A stretch of DNA of 64,000 nt from Octopus sinensis (GCF_006345805.1 NC_043001.1:81406001-81470000), one strand, 5' to 3'. Counted from the first letter of the stretch, positions 14,555 through 27,716 are shown. The notes: a model not told the origin generated them from the letters alone. Numbers and translations: made by a program.

Positions 14555-14770
14555 CATTATTATTATTAGGCAGCAAACTAGAACATTCATTAGCATACCA
14601 AACAGAATGCAGCATTTCCTCTGGCTCCTTACATTCAAATTCCAACACAGTCACCTTTTCCTTTCATCCTCCCAGGGTTGATGAAACAAGTACCAGTTGA
14701 GCACTGAGGGCCAGTTTAACTGACTAGGCGCCCTCCCCTCAAAATTTCAGCGCCTGTAGTAAAAATTATT
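12510..14770 (+). mobile_element. SINE family B copies around plexin exon 13508 (about 12510, 12690, 12880, 13655, 14030 and 14570)
   Basis: Same consensus as the 22905-24485 cluster, all on +. Confidence 0.75.
13508..13600 (+). CDS. PlexA: Plexin-A exon: [31 protein letters not shown]
   Basis: ttctcag acceptor and AAG|gtagg donor; 93 nt, phase 0 to 0. [19 protein letters not shown] is the class-A plexin signature. Confidence 0.97.
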
Positions 14771-15569
14771 ATTATTCTAAATCTTTATCACTTCTTTCCT
14801 TTTATCAAAGGTTTCTAGTTGCCTTTCTTGAAACCTCTGACTGTTTGATGACTCTTTCAGCTTCTATATCTTTCTTAAATACACATGAAAGTGTATGTAA
14901 TAGTTCAGACTTCTCCCACAAACTATTGGTATTATATTCTGATTATAGGTTGAAATGTGTATCTATAATTATAGTTCCACCTGGTTTTGTTACCAAAATA
15001 TAGTAGTAAGAGTAAAAAACACAGTAATTTAGTGAATTTTATTGTGTGACACAGTACAGATGTTGATGTCTGACTATTAATAACGGCAACAGATTCCATA
15101 GAGAGAAAGAGAGAGAGAGAAAGAGGTTACACATTTATTAAAGGAATACATACAACAAAAACTATGAAATACTGATGTGTGTATGTGTGTGTATATACAC
15201 ACATACACACACACATATAAAATCATAAATTTATTTGTATACATGGATATATGTAGAGGTATACATTTGCATTATGTGTGTGTATGTCTAAGTTTATGTA
15301 GTCACTGAATATGTGTACATATATGTATATAGTAAGGGTGTGTGGTCTAGCAGTTAAGGTGTTGCACTCACAATTGCAAGATCATGGTTTCCATTCACAG
15401 ACAAGTAGTGCATTATATTTTTGAACAAAAGGCATCATTTTACATTGCTCTTGTTTACTCAGTTGTGAATGGGTAACCTTGCAATGGGCTGATCTTCAAT
15501 TCAGAAAGAATGTGTTGTTGTGCCCTCATAGCCAGCTACAACAGTGCGGGAAAGTGCTTCATAATAATA

Positions 15570-15965
15570 ATAATGGTTTCGAATTTTGGTACAAGGCCAG
15601 CAATTTGGAGGGAAGGGTCAAGTTGATTACATCAAGCCAGTGTCCAACACCAAAAGGGTGAAAGGCTAAGTTGATCTCAGCAGCATTTGAACTTTGAATG
15701 TAAAGTTGGGAGAAATGTTGCTCAGCATTTTTCCTGGTGTGATAACAATTCTGCCAGCTCACCACCTTAAATGATAATAATAATAATCCTTTCTACTAAA
15801 GGCACAAGGCCTGAAATTTGGGTGGAGGGAACTAATCAATTACATTGACCCCAGGATGAAAGGTAAAAATCAACCTCAGCAGAAATTGAACCTAGAACAT
15901 AAAGATGGATGAAATGCTGCTAAGCATTTTACCCAGCATGCTAATAATTTTACCAGTTCACTGCT
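15570..15965 (-). mobile_element. Two minus-strand SINE family B copies
   Basis: (AAT)n followed by aaggcctgaaattt...gaaaggtaaaaatcaacctcagcagaaattgaac...ccagttcact, the reverse complement of family B. Confidence 0.75.
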
Positions 15966-16027
15966 TTAAATGATGGTAATGATAGAAAAAATTTATGTCT
16001 AATTTTGTCGTTTGTTTATGATTTCAG

Positions 16028-16194
16028 GGTACTCTTCAACAATATGTTGATGATTTGTTTGAACGAATATTTAGTACCACCCATCGCGGTCAAGTATTAC
16101 CCCTGGCCATAAAATATATTTTTGACTTCCTTGATGAGCAAGCCCAGCTCCATAACATTGAGCCTGAAGTTGTACACACATGGAAATCCAACAG
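16028..16194 (+). CDS. PlexA: Plexin-A exon (GAP C2): [55 protein letters not shown]
   Basis: atttcag acceptor and AG|gtaagt donor; 167 nt, phase 0 to 2. Matches plexin GTLQKFVDDLF...[16 protein letters not shown]...HTWKSN. Confidence 0.97.
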
Positions 16195-17118
16195 GTAAGT
16201 CAAGACAATAACTTTTACAATCATTAGCAACAAATTGGGCTGGCACTGGGGCCCACCAGGTAGTCAGTCAAAAGGTTAGATAAAAGCAAACTGCCTTGCA
16301 GTGATGCATTCATAATCATTGTCATTCAACATCCCCATTTTAGTGTTTTTATCAGTATGATAGAATTTGCTGAGGCAGTTTTCTATGACCATATGCCCAT
16401 CATGTTGCCAATCTTCACTTGTTTCCGAGCAAGGTAATACTCCCCCATAGCCAGATATATTTTTCATGAAAGACTGGAAACAAACAACATTACACAGGAT
16501 TGGCACAAGACTTATAGAATGACTTGTATTGAAAGAGACTGAGGAATTAAATTGTCTGAGAAGGGATCAGCAAAGTGATCAATACTGACCCCCTAGGAGG
16601 TCTATGTGGCTATCCAAGTGGTCAATAAACGTTATATATTCCAACTATATCAGCATAATATGAGTGGATTTTTATTGTTCTTATCAATTTTTGTTATGTA
16701 TTTTCATTAAATTTCTTGAAATATTTTTTACTAAACTGTGATAATGATACAAAAGAATGTAGAAAACATTGCTTTTAAACCAAAAATTTTCTTATTGATT
16801 ATACATTATTTTTTGTTAGGAATTTACATGATGGTGGAGGGTCAATAAGTTATCTATTTTGAGACTTGTTTCCTCCTTCAGTGTGTTGATCTTGACTGCT
16901 TGGGAGCAAGAGCTTCTCCACTAGGCTCTATTCAGTGCTTCTAATTTTACCTGTCTTCAGGTTTATCTTGCAGGCATAACAAAATATTGTTTGTCCCAAA
17001 GACCTATACAAATGCAAAGAATATAAATACTGATTTAACACATTTTCATTTGAAGTTTAATTTTTCTATTTGAACTTGTTTTATTTAATTCTATCCTTCT
17101 GATGCATTCTCTTTGCAG

Positions 17119-17331
17119 CCTTCCTTTGCGATTCTGGGTAAATATTATAAAAAATCCCAACTTTGTCTTCGATATCCACAAATCTCATATCGTCGACTCC
17201 TGCCTATCGGTGACTGCCCAGACGTTCATGGACAGCTGTTCAATGAGTGAGCACCGGTTAGGAAAAGATTCTCCTTCCAGCAAGCTGCTATACGCCAAAG
17301 ATATTCCTAAATATAAGGCATGGGTAGATCG
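17119..17331 (+). CDS. PlexA: Plexin-A exon (GAP C2): [72 protein letters not shown]
   Basis: ctttgcag acceptor and CG|gtaagt donor; 213 nt, phase 2 to 2. The LPLRFW motif with the conserved GAP arginine is intact. Confidence 0.98.
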
Positions 17332-19346
17332 GTAAGTGAAATATTAATCTATTTTCATTCAAATTTGTTATATATCGTTGTTGTTGTTGACAACCATATA
17401 GCTAACCAAATGACACAACCTACAGATCCAGTTTCTCTTTAATCAGATACTACATTGTACACTCATTCCACTTGGATAAAAAACATTTTGGCATGGCTGT
17501 TTTGGTACCACTTTTTTGACATTGCTGATCCAATGCGGACTTATTTGATATCAGACCTTTTAATGTTTCTCTCATTCTCTCTTTCTCTCTGTGTCTCTTT
17601 GACACGCTCTCCCTTTCAGTATGTGTATATTTCTGGGTGTGCATGCATGTGTGTGTGTATACTTCTTGTGCCAAAAAGTATTGTCACCAAAGCAGGTTGA
17701 ATGTCCAGTCAGCAACACCAAATTATCATCTAAATAGCTGCACCCAATTAACTAATAAAACACTTAGAAATGAACCATATATTCAGTATTCTGGGTAAAC
17801 AAAGGTGTCTGTCATGCAGCTATAAGCTTCACAGAGATCAGTACTATGATTAAGTTTGTGTTTATGATTGCGTTATGCAAAATTTATAACCTAAAACATG
17901 TCCCTTACCCACTTTTTGTCATAAGCATCAAATAGAACTTCCCAGGATCTAAAACCAGGTGAAGGTTCTTTCAGTTTTCTTCTTCAAAATGTCTTGAAAT
18001 ATTAGTAGTTCTAGTCCTTCATGAGAAAACTCATGGCACAGAATTAACCAATGAAATTCTAGGAAATAAACCACATTCTGTATAATGGATAAACAAGGGT
18101 GTCTGATGTGTCAAATTAGGCTTAATGAAGATCTGCATTTTGATTAACTGTTTAGTCTTGGTTATTTTATCTTATTTATAACTTAAAACATAATCTTTTG
18201 TCCCATTTCCCCTTCTGTCATAAGCACCAAACAGAACTTCCCAGAATCCAAAACCAGCTGAGGGCTCTTTCAGCCTCCATGTTTTCCTTCTCCAAATTGG
18301 TTTTCAGCCCTGAGTCTGCCTGGTTTCTACTGTAAATTCCTTAATTATTAATCTCTGTTGGATGGTCTGTCCTGGGTATACTTTAAACTGCACCCAGTTC
18401 AATAAATCCTTGGTTTTGAAGAGTGTGAAATCATCTCTTAATACCTGTCAAGTTCCCATTTATGGGTTAATTAGCAAATCAGTTGAGCAGATGGAACTCG
18501 TTAGCCTGGAGGTGTGGCAACACATCTAGACAAAGGAAAACCCTGACTCCAAACCTGTGCTGCTTGGTGGCCATATTCAGCCATAGGAAAGGTTTTAAGA
18601 GTAAACCTTGATGAAACATCAAGTGTCAGAGCCACTACAGCAGTTGGATGTTATCTACAAACTCATTCTGACAATTTCTGCAATGATGTTAATGCCAAAT
18701 TGTAAGGGCCATACTGTTCTTTTGAGCAGACATGCTACATGAGCAACAACTTGTACTGCATATCATTCTGCCCCAACTTGGATCCAATTGATAACCCTAT
18801 ACTAGAGAGAGGTAAAACTCCCTACAACTCAAATAGTACTGGGACAGACCACAATTGCAGCATGTCTAACAGACTGCCACTCATGCATCAGACGGTTCAG
18901 CCTCACACAACACTGTCCCAGTAGGGGCATTTAAGTAGGAACCTCTTCTATTGTAATTGGTGACTGACAGAGGCCTCACAGTTGGGTGGTATATTATTTA
19001 GCAAAAGAAAACCTGGTGTTTACAGTTATTTTTTCATCTCATTTCCTTGTAAGGATAAAATCTATTTGGCTTGTGCGTTTGCCTGATTGATTGGTGATCA
19101 GGTGATTGATCACTTCACTCTTTTACTAGTTTCAGCTTTAGAGCTGTGGCCATGCTGGTGCACCATCAATTTAAAAATATTGCTCCTGATGTTTGTAGCC
19201 ATTTATTACAAAATACTGAAGTTATTTGATTTGCAAAACTGCTGGGGCCTTGAACCCTCCTTATTCCTTTCATGTATATATATATATATATCATGTATGT
19301 ATGATGCATACAATATTTACATCAGCACATTGATACATATGTCTGA

Positions 19347-19400
<54 letters not shown>

Positions 19401-20689
19401 TTCTATAAGCAGATGTATATGCATATGAGAGAGATGCTGAAGAAGGTAGTGTGTTTGCATATACATAATTAAATAAAATGAGAGAAAGAAAATTAATTGA
19501 ATCAACAACGCTTACTAAAACATTGATGATTGAATTAGTTCCCTTGTTTTCATTTAATTACACACTACAGTCTTATCTACCACTACACAGCTAGCAAACA
19601 TTATCCACCAGTCCACAGCCCACATACATACCTAATACTTTTAAACAGAAATGCACTACCTGCTTTATGTGTATGTACGTATTATGTATACATGTTTGTG
19701 TTTATGTGTTCGTTTTATTGTGTACAAACTGTATTCTTGTTTAAGAGTCTGTATATACATTAACATCATGTATGTTGTTTCAGTATACACTTCATAATGC
19801 AATAAAAATACCTTGCGTCTACAAACACTTATACATACACTCACATATACATACATATATAAACCATCCTCAGTAGTTAATTTACACATTGTGTGTAGAA
19901 CCTTTCATAGCCATACTTTATTTGTTATATGACTATACATATTATATACGCTATATACACAAACACGCCTACATAAATATGCTTTGAATATTTCCATTTA
20001 ATCAACTATGTTCAGAGCATGTACACTCACAGTCCATACACATACATACACACATGCAATCATCCTACTCAAATATATATTGTATGCAAATATATACTTG
20101 TTTACAATAAATTGAAAACACTCACATATGCTTATGCAACGTGCATAGATACTTACTGATGTTAGTTGGTGCATTCTGAAATATGATTTTTTTTTTTTCT
20201 CTAAAAATGAGCTTCAGCAGGCATGACCAAATGGTTGAGGAGTTGGCTTCCCAGTCACATGGCTTTAGGTTCAATCCCACTGTGTGGGACACCTTCAACA
20301 AGTGTCTTCTAATATAGCCCCAGAACAGTCAAAGCCTTGTGAGTGGATTTGGTAGAGGGAAAGAAGCATGTTGTGTCACTCTGTCTGTATGTATATATAT
20401 ATGTATATACATTATGTATGAGTGTTTGTCTCTCCTTGTCTTGATATCACATGATTGTTATCAGTGTCATACAAGTGATGTCCCTCTTTTACAGACTTCC
20501 ATGAAAACTTGTCCAGTCGTGAAGTAAATGTTACCTTGCTGGGAAATGGTTGAGAGTTAGCAACAGTAAGGGTCTCCAGCTGTAGAATAGAAAATCAGCC
20601 TCAATGAATAGCTGTCATGCTGAATAAATAATCCAATGTACACAATTGAAGCAATATTAAATTAAGCTATCCATTTATATCATCATCAT

Positions 20690-21425
20690 CATTGTTTAAC
20701 ATCCGCTTTCCATGCTAGCATGGGTTGGATGATTTGACTAAGGACTGGCAAACCAGATGGCTACACCAGGCTCCAATCTGATCTGGCAGAGTTTCTACAG
20801 CTGGATGCTCTTCTTAATGCAAGCCACCCTGAGAGTGTAGTGGGTGCTTTTACGTGCCACTGGCATGAGGTCCAGTCAGGTACTAGCAACGGCCACGCTC
20901 AAATGGTGTTTTTTTACATGCTCTTAGCACTCCACTAGCATGGATGCCAGTCATCGAATTTGATTTCGATTTCACTTGCCTCAACAGGTCTTTGCAAGCA
21001 GAGTTTAGTGTCCAATGAAGAAAAGGTACACATAAGTGGGCTGATTATACCCCTGGCATAGGCCATGGGTTATGGTCTCACTTGGCTTGTTGGGTCTTCT
21101 CAAGCACAACATATTTCCAAAGGTCTTGGTCACTTGTCATTGCCTCGGTGGGACCTAATGTTCGAAGGTCATGCTTCACCACCTCATCCCAGGTCTTCCT
21201 TGGTCTACCTCTTTCACAGGTTCCCGCAACCGTTAGGGTGTGGCACTTTTCCACACAGCTATCCTCATCCATTCGCACCACATGACCATACCAGCGCAGT
21301 CGTCTCTCTTGCACACCACATCTGATGCTTCTTAGGTCTAACTTTTCTCTCAAAGTACTTACACTCTGTTGAGTATGCACACTGACATTACACAAATACA
21401 TACACAATGCATATACACCATTGAC
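20690..21425 (-). mobile_element. 5'-truncated RTE-clade LINE (RT C-terminus, 3' UTR and (GAT)n tail)
   Basis: Minus ORF 21078-21431 reads LREKLDLRSIRCGVQERRLRWYGHVVRM...RGRPRKTWDEVVKHDL, typical of the RTE C-terminus. A (CAT)n tail sits on + at about 20690. Confidence 0.85.
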
Positions 21426-22494
21426 AAGCAAGTTGCTGCTTTTTCATCTGAGATGGACTCTCGTATGGATGTGCTGTGTTAAAAATGTATTTATGCTTAT
21501 TTTTGGCAAAGTTGATTATTGCAGCCATGACCTGCCTGCCTTTTGTTCTAATCATGTTTACCTATTATTTAATGCCCTTCATTTTCTAAAAGCAATAGGT
21601 ATAATTTAAGGGATATGTAACTTTTATTTCTAGCAGGGTAAACACGTACCAAGAGGTATATAAGGAACTGCAGACACTAAATTAATATCAACTGTCCCTA
21701 AAGAAGAACATAATCTACAAACCCTGGGGGTCAAATGTAATCAGCTTACCCCTCCCTGAAACTGTTGGCCTTGTGCCAAAATTTGAAACCAATATTATTA
21801 TTATTATTATAATACCTCCTCAACATTTCATATATAAATATTCATATACAAAACTGGACTATTTATCTAGCTTCCAGTAATCTAGGTATATTGTGCATTG
21901 TACTGTTCTCTGTATTGACTAAAACAGACCTTGTTTTTGAAGTTGGTTAATTTGCATACAGTGTGTTAAAAGTAGATATGTTCTTTACTTTTTTATGCAG
22001 ATTGATAAAGTTTCAACTTTATCAGTTTTGGAATTGTATTAATTTGTATTTGTCATATAAAATCATGTTCTTTACTTATCATCATTCAATTTTTATCCTA
22101 TAAACATTACACAGTATGATAATATTTTAAAAATTTGAAATGGATTAATAAATATAAAACAGACTCTCCTTTAGAAGTGTATTAATTTGAATCTGTTAAA
22201 TATGGTTTAGCACTTGATATAGTTTATTTTATATTTTAAGTATATATTTAGACTGTCTCCAGAAAACCAGAAAATCCAGAAGACTTTGGGTCACAAGCTT
22301 GCTGGATAATTGGTCCGGTACTGTATGAACCATGGTCAATATGTATATACAACACACACACACACAAAAAAGAAGCCATATTTTTATGAATATGCCACTT
22401 ATTTTAGTAAATTCAATTATTCAAAACAAGTCAACAGTTTTTCTCATTCTCGCTATTTTTTTTTCCTCCTGTTTTTCTTGCACCACCACTGCAG

Positions 22495-22570
22495 TTATTA
22501 TGAAGACATCAAATCTATCATACCAATATCAGACCAAGATATGAATTCTATGTTACAAGAAGAATCACGA
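22495..22570 (+). CDS. PlexA: Plexin-A exon: YYEDIKSIIPISDQDMNSMLQEESR
   Basis: actgcag acceptor and CGA|gtaagt donor; 76 nt, phase 2 to 0. Matches plexin YYADI...ISDQDM...LAEQSR. Confidence 0.96.
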
Positions 22571-22904
22571 GTAAGTACCAAATTCTTTAGCGGGTTTTTT
22601 TCTTTTATTTATTCATCTGAAATATACCTCAAAACACCATAGAAAGTAACAGATGATTGACCTAACCCTTTAGGTTTTGAACTATCTGAGACTGCTCCTG
22701 GTTTTATGATTCAAACTTATTGTTTTATAATTATCTGAATTGTGATTTTCCAGCAAAATTTCATGTTGAATTATATTGCAAACACCAGCTCAATCATGAC
22801 AATTATTTTACAAAGTACTTCATTGTTTTCAAAGTTAATTGAACATGACAAATATGGTAACAAAAGTAGAAAGGATTATTATCATTACTATTATTATTAT
22901 TATC

Positions 22905-24485
22905 TTTAAGGTGGTGAGCTAGCAGAATTATTAGCATGCCAGGCAAAATGCTTAGCAGTATTTCATACATCGTCATGTTCTCAGCACAAATTCTGCCAAG
23001 GTCAACTTTGCCTTTCATCTTTTCAGTATTGATGAAATAGGTACCAGTGAAACACTGGGATCGATGTAATTGACTTACCCCTCCCCCAAAATTTCAGGCC
23101 TTGTGCCTTTAGCGTAAAGGATTATTATTATTATTCAGATGGCAAACTAGTAGAATCATTAGCACGCCAGGTGAAATGCTTAGCTGTATTTCATCTGTCT
23201 TTGCAATCTGAGTTCAAATTCTGTCAAGGCTGGCTTTGCCTTTCATCCTTTCGGGGTCAATGAAATAAATATCAGTTACATGCTAGGGTTAATATAATCA
23301 AGTAGCCCTTCACAAAATCGCTGGGTTTGTGCCAAAGTTTGAAATTGATATTATGATGACAATAAGATAGTGAGCTGGCAGAATCATTAGTCTGTTCAAC
23401 AAAATGTTTAGTGGCATTTCTTCCAGCTCTTTACATTCTGTGTTCAAATCATACTGATGTCAAATTTGCTTTTCATCCATTCAGGATTGATAAGATAAAG
23501 TACCAGCAAAGTACTGAGATCAATGTAATCAACTAATCCCCACTAAATAATTCTTATGCCTTGTGCTAAAATTTGAAGCATCATTATGCTTCATGGTCTT
23601 GTACATAAAGACATGTGTAGATAGCACCATGGGACATCTTGGGAGAGATCAATCTTACCTAATGCCTTTTCTAAAGGAGTCTTCCTAAAGTTGTACATTT
23701 TTTAGGGTGATGAATTGGCAAAAAAGTTAATGCAAGGCTTTGTTTCCAATGCTCTATTTCATCACTTTCTGAGTTCAAATCCTATATCAATCAATTTTGT
23801 TCTAAGGCTGCAAGTAGCAGAATCATTAGTGCATTGAATTAAATGCTTAGCTGCAGTTCTTCCAGCTCCTTATATTCTGAGCTTGAATCCTGTCATGGTC
23901 AACTTTGGTTTTCATAACTTTCAGGGTCATTAAAATAAAGTACCACTCAAGTCTTAGGGCTGGTGCAATCAACAAAACCCTTCTTCCTAAGATTTCTAGC
24001 CTTGTGCCAAAAGTTTGAAACAATTATTATCAAGGTGGTGAGCTGGCAGAATTTTTAGCACACGAGGCAAAATGTTTAGTGAAATTTTGTCCATTTTTAT
24101 GCTCTGAGTTCAAATTCCACCAAAGTCGGCTTTGTTTTACATCCTTTTGGGGTCAATAAATTAAGTACCAGTGAAACACTGGGGTTGATGTAATCAACTA
24201 GTCCCCTCTACCAAAATTTCAGGCTTTGAGCCTTTAGTAGAAAGGATTATTATAAATGATAGTTACGGTGGAAAGCAGGCAGAATTGTTAACACACCGGG
24301 CAAAATGCTCAGCAGTATTTCATCTATCTTCACGTTCAGAGTTCAAATTCCACCGAGATCAACTTCACCTTTTATCTTTTCAGGGTCTATAAAACATGTA
24401 CCAGTTGAACACTGGGGTCGATACAATTAACTTAACCCCTCCCTAAAATTTGCTAGCCATATGCCAAAATTTGAAACTAGTATTG
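22905..24485 (+). mobile_element. Head-to-tail cluster of at least six SINE family B copies
   Basis: Repeated ggtgagctggcagaat...ttctgagttcaaattc...tttcatcctt...taccag...actgggg...aaatttcaggccttgtgcc with (TTA)n tails, starting at about 22910, 23140, 23370, 23810, 24035 and 24270. Confidence 0.85.
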
Positions 24486-24737
24486 TTAATTATACAACAT
24501 AACAGAATCAACAGATCATTAGAACTCAGAATATGAAATAGTTTTATATGCCTTCAAGGCTCAATTTACCTTTCATCCTTCCAGAAGTCAATAACTCATC
24601 AAGTGCCGGGGGATTGATTCAGTAAAACATTCTTTCTCCTTCAAAATGTGTGTCCTTGTGCCTGTGTTAAAAGTTAATATTGGTTTATATAGCAGTACGG
24701 AAACTAATATTTTCATTTTTGTCTCTTTACTATCTAG

Positions 24738-24812
24738 CTACATTGCCATGAGTTCAACACAGAAGCAGCGTTAAATGAATTGTACAAATATGTTGACAGT
24801 TATAGTTGTAAG
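24738..24812 (+). CDS. PlexA: Plexin-A exon: LHCHEFNTEAALNELYKYVDSYSCK
   Basis: tatctag acceptor and AAG|gtaagc donor; 75 nt, phase 0 to 0. Matches plexin LHxxxFNxxSALxEIYxY. Confidence 0.94.
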
Positions 24813-26118
24813 GTAAGCTGTGTCTTTTTATCACTTTCTGTTTGCAGCCTTGTTCTAGAAACATTACATAAATGCCATGGCATTAACCTTTCAGCATTTA
24901 AACTAGCATTATCCAACCAAAATATTCTACCTGTTTTTTGGTCAAAGTGGCCAGATCCAGTTTTTCCCACCTATCCTACAGCATCATTCTAAAACTAAAC
25001 AATCACATTATATATAGATAGATAGATAGTAAAATAAGGACCCAGATAGAACCAGGTACTTGAAAAGGCATGCACCCGGTAGGGTTGGATAAACCTGTGG
25101 TTCTAGTTTATGGTTGATAAGTATCAAAATAAGATATGAGTATCTAGCTCATAGGGACTGGTCCAAAGCAAGCATTGCATTGAACTGTACATTGTTGAGT
25201 TGTAAATGTCTGCTCATTTATCAATTGTATGTTATTGCTCATTTGATTTTATATATATATATATATATGTATATATATTTCAACTGTCCAACCCATGCCA
25301 GCATGGAAGGTGGACATTAAATGATGATGATAAAATGCAACAGAATAAGAATTTTGACTCTGGGCAAATACCTTACAAGCACTCTGACAGAATCCAGACA
25401 TGGCTAACCATATTGAATGGTAGGAAACATTTAGAATACACAAGTTGTACTCCCTTGGATTGATAAATACTAAGATTGCTTCAGAGAATTTCATGTAGAA
25501 AATAGAGAGTATTTTTGCGATATAGTAATGAAGAATCGGGGGAGTTAGACATCTTAAAAATTTATTTGATAGAAATCATTTTCTTATTATTGGAATGTAA
25601 TATGAAGAAAATAATTTTTATTAAATGAAATTTAAAGATGTATTTGTCATTATTTTGGCTTGATATTCACAAATGATAAAATATTCACCACTTTTTTAAG
25701 TGGATGTTGTGTTAGAACACATAAATTCTCTCATGTGGTTATTTGGTGCATAAAAGCAACAGACAATCACCTCTACTTCTGCTGCTTGGACTACCAGGTC
25801 ACATGATTTCGGCCTGATTTGGTCTTTTCAATGATGGAAATAGCATTAACTGCAGCACTAGTGATATACATAGAAATACAGAGCCAAAATGGGTGCTGAT
25901 GTTGCCAAAGGTCGGTGTACTTATTAAAAAAGGAAGGACAGAGGCTGTATTAATACCCAAAGGTAAAATATCCACCACTTAAAAATGTATTTTGCATTAG
26001 AACACACAAATGCTGCAATATTTTAAGTGGTGAATATTTTACTTTTGGGTATTAATATTGCCTCTATCTTTCTATGTTTTATACAAATGGATATTTTAAT
26101 TATATTTAAACTGCTATA

Positions 26119-26337
26119 CAAGCAGGCGTAGAAAAGTTCCTGGTTTTGGGTAAAAGAAAATACAGGAGGATCAGTTAATTATGATTTTATTCGACATATT
26201 CCCTTCTCAGATTCACGCACTTATTGTAGCAGTCCTTCAGTTTTTCTGAACCCTGTAAAAAGAACTCAGAAGGTTGGGGTCTCTGAACAGGCCTTTCATG
26301 ATACCCTTAAAGCCAGGAACGTTTCCACGCCCCCTCA
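26119..26337. mobile_element. Mariner-type MITE (~219 bp) in the last plexin intron
   Basis: TA-flanked, with imperfect TIRs (ggcgtagaaaagttcctgg / ccaggaacgtttccacgcc). A second family copy lies at 40488-40702. Confidence 0.75.
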
Positions 26338-26386
26338 TACACAAATCATTATTATTTATATGTTTTTTCTTTTCTTTTTTTCATAG

Positions 26387-26491
26387 TTGTTGCAAGCTTT
26401 AGAATCTGATGAAACTGCCAGTCGGAGTAAGTTGGACCTGAAACTACAACAAGTGATGAACTTGATAAATAATGCCGACCAATCTTATTGA
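26387..26491 (+). CDS. PlexA: Plexin-A terminal coding exon: LLQALESDETASRSKLDLKLQQVMNLINNADQSY*
   Basis: Long pyrimidine tract plus tcatag acceptor; TGA at 26489-26491. Matches plexin-A ILxALExDE...L..KLEQV. It lacks the plexin-B PDZ-binding TDL end. Confidence 0.92.
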   Translation: MLQALESDETASRSKLDLKLQQVMNLINNADQSY

Positions 26492-27716
26492 TGTTGCTGC
26501 CAAGACCAAAAATATAAATATAAAAAAAAAATTTCAAAAAATTTTAAAAATAAACAAAAAAATACAAATGAAAAATACAAACACAACCACCAAACAACCT
26601 AGCATCCCTTACCTGCCTCCCGCATCACCTACTGCTACCAAAGGAATAATGACACTTCTTAGGGTGCAGTCTCTGTTGTTTTTTTTTTTAATATCTACAC
26701 GCCATCACCACCACCACCATCAATTAAACTACTGATCTTAATACCAAACTGCTCTACTGCTGCCACTGCTCTCAAAGAGGCATGGTATGGGTGGTTTGGA
26801 AGTTGGCGGGGGGATAAATAAAATAAAATGAGGACTAAAATTTAAATAAAAGATATATATATATAAAATTCATACCAAATTTAAAAAAACAAGAAACATT
26901 ACAAAGAAATAAAACTATAAATGAAATATAAAAAAAATAAATAAAAAAATTCAAACTTGGAAAAATTCAAAACGGAAAACAAAGAAAAAAAAAACAAAAA
27001 CAACAAGGAGTTAAGTGAGCGAGGATAAATGAAGGGGATGTTGTTGTTAACAATGATGATGAAGAAGGAGGAGGAAGAGATGAAAGATAGGTGGAGGGTG
27101 ACTGGGTAAAGGGATGTCAGCTATTTTTTTTTTTGCTTGGAAATATTGCAAAAGACCATTTTTTATAAGAAAAAGATATAAATTCCAGATCCAGTAGCAG
27201 ATATAATTTATCTGGGAGGTGGGAGGCCTTTAATCTACTTTTAATGACTGGTCTTTGTTGTTGGTTTTTCATTATAATCCCTTCAAATTTTAGGCCTTAT
27301 GTGTGCATGGTGTCATAAATTATACATATGCATGTACATAGATATATATATGTGTGTATATATATATATATATATACTCACACACATATTCTAGACATAC
27401 ATTCTTGTACATTAAACCTCATACCATGGTTTCATGTGGATTATCCTAGTGAATCCTTTTGATCATCAGTGGACAACATTACAGACATTTCTCCTGAGAA
27501 GTAATCTCTGTTGAAGACATTGATTTAACCTTCTAGATTACATACACTTGAATTTCTATTATTTTCAACACATGCATGCACATACACACTCACACACACA
27601 CATTTATATACATGCATATACACATATAGTGAACAATTTGTTTAAAAAAAAAAAACCAGAACACCATAAACACATTCTGTGTGTATATGTACATATATGT
27701 ATGTGTGTGTGTAGAA

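Noticed and set aside
26489-26610. Stop-codon readthrough extension of plexin
   Set aside because: The TGA-TGT context is not a known leaky motif, and the downstream frame is low-complexity A-rich sequence.
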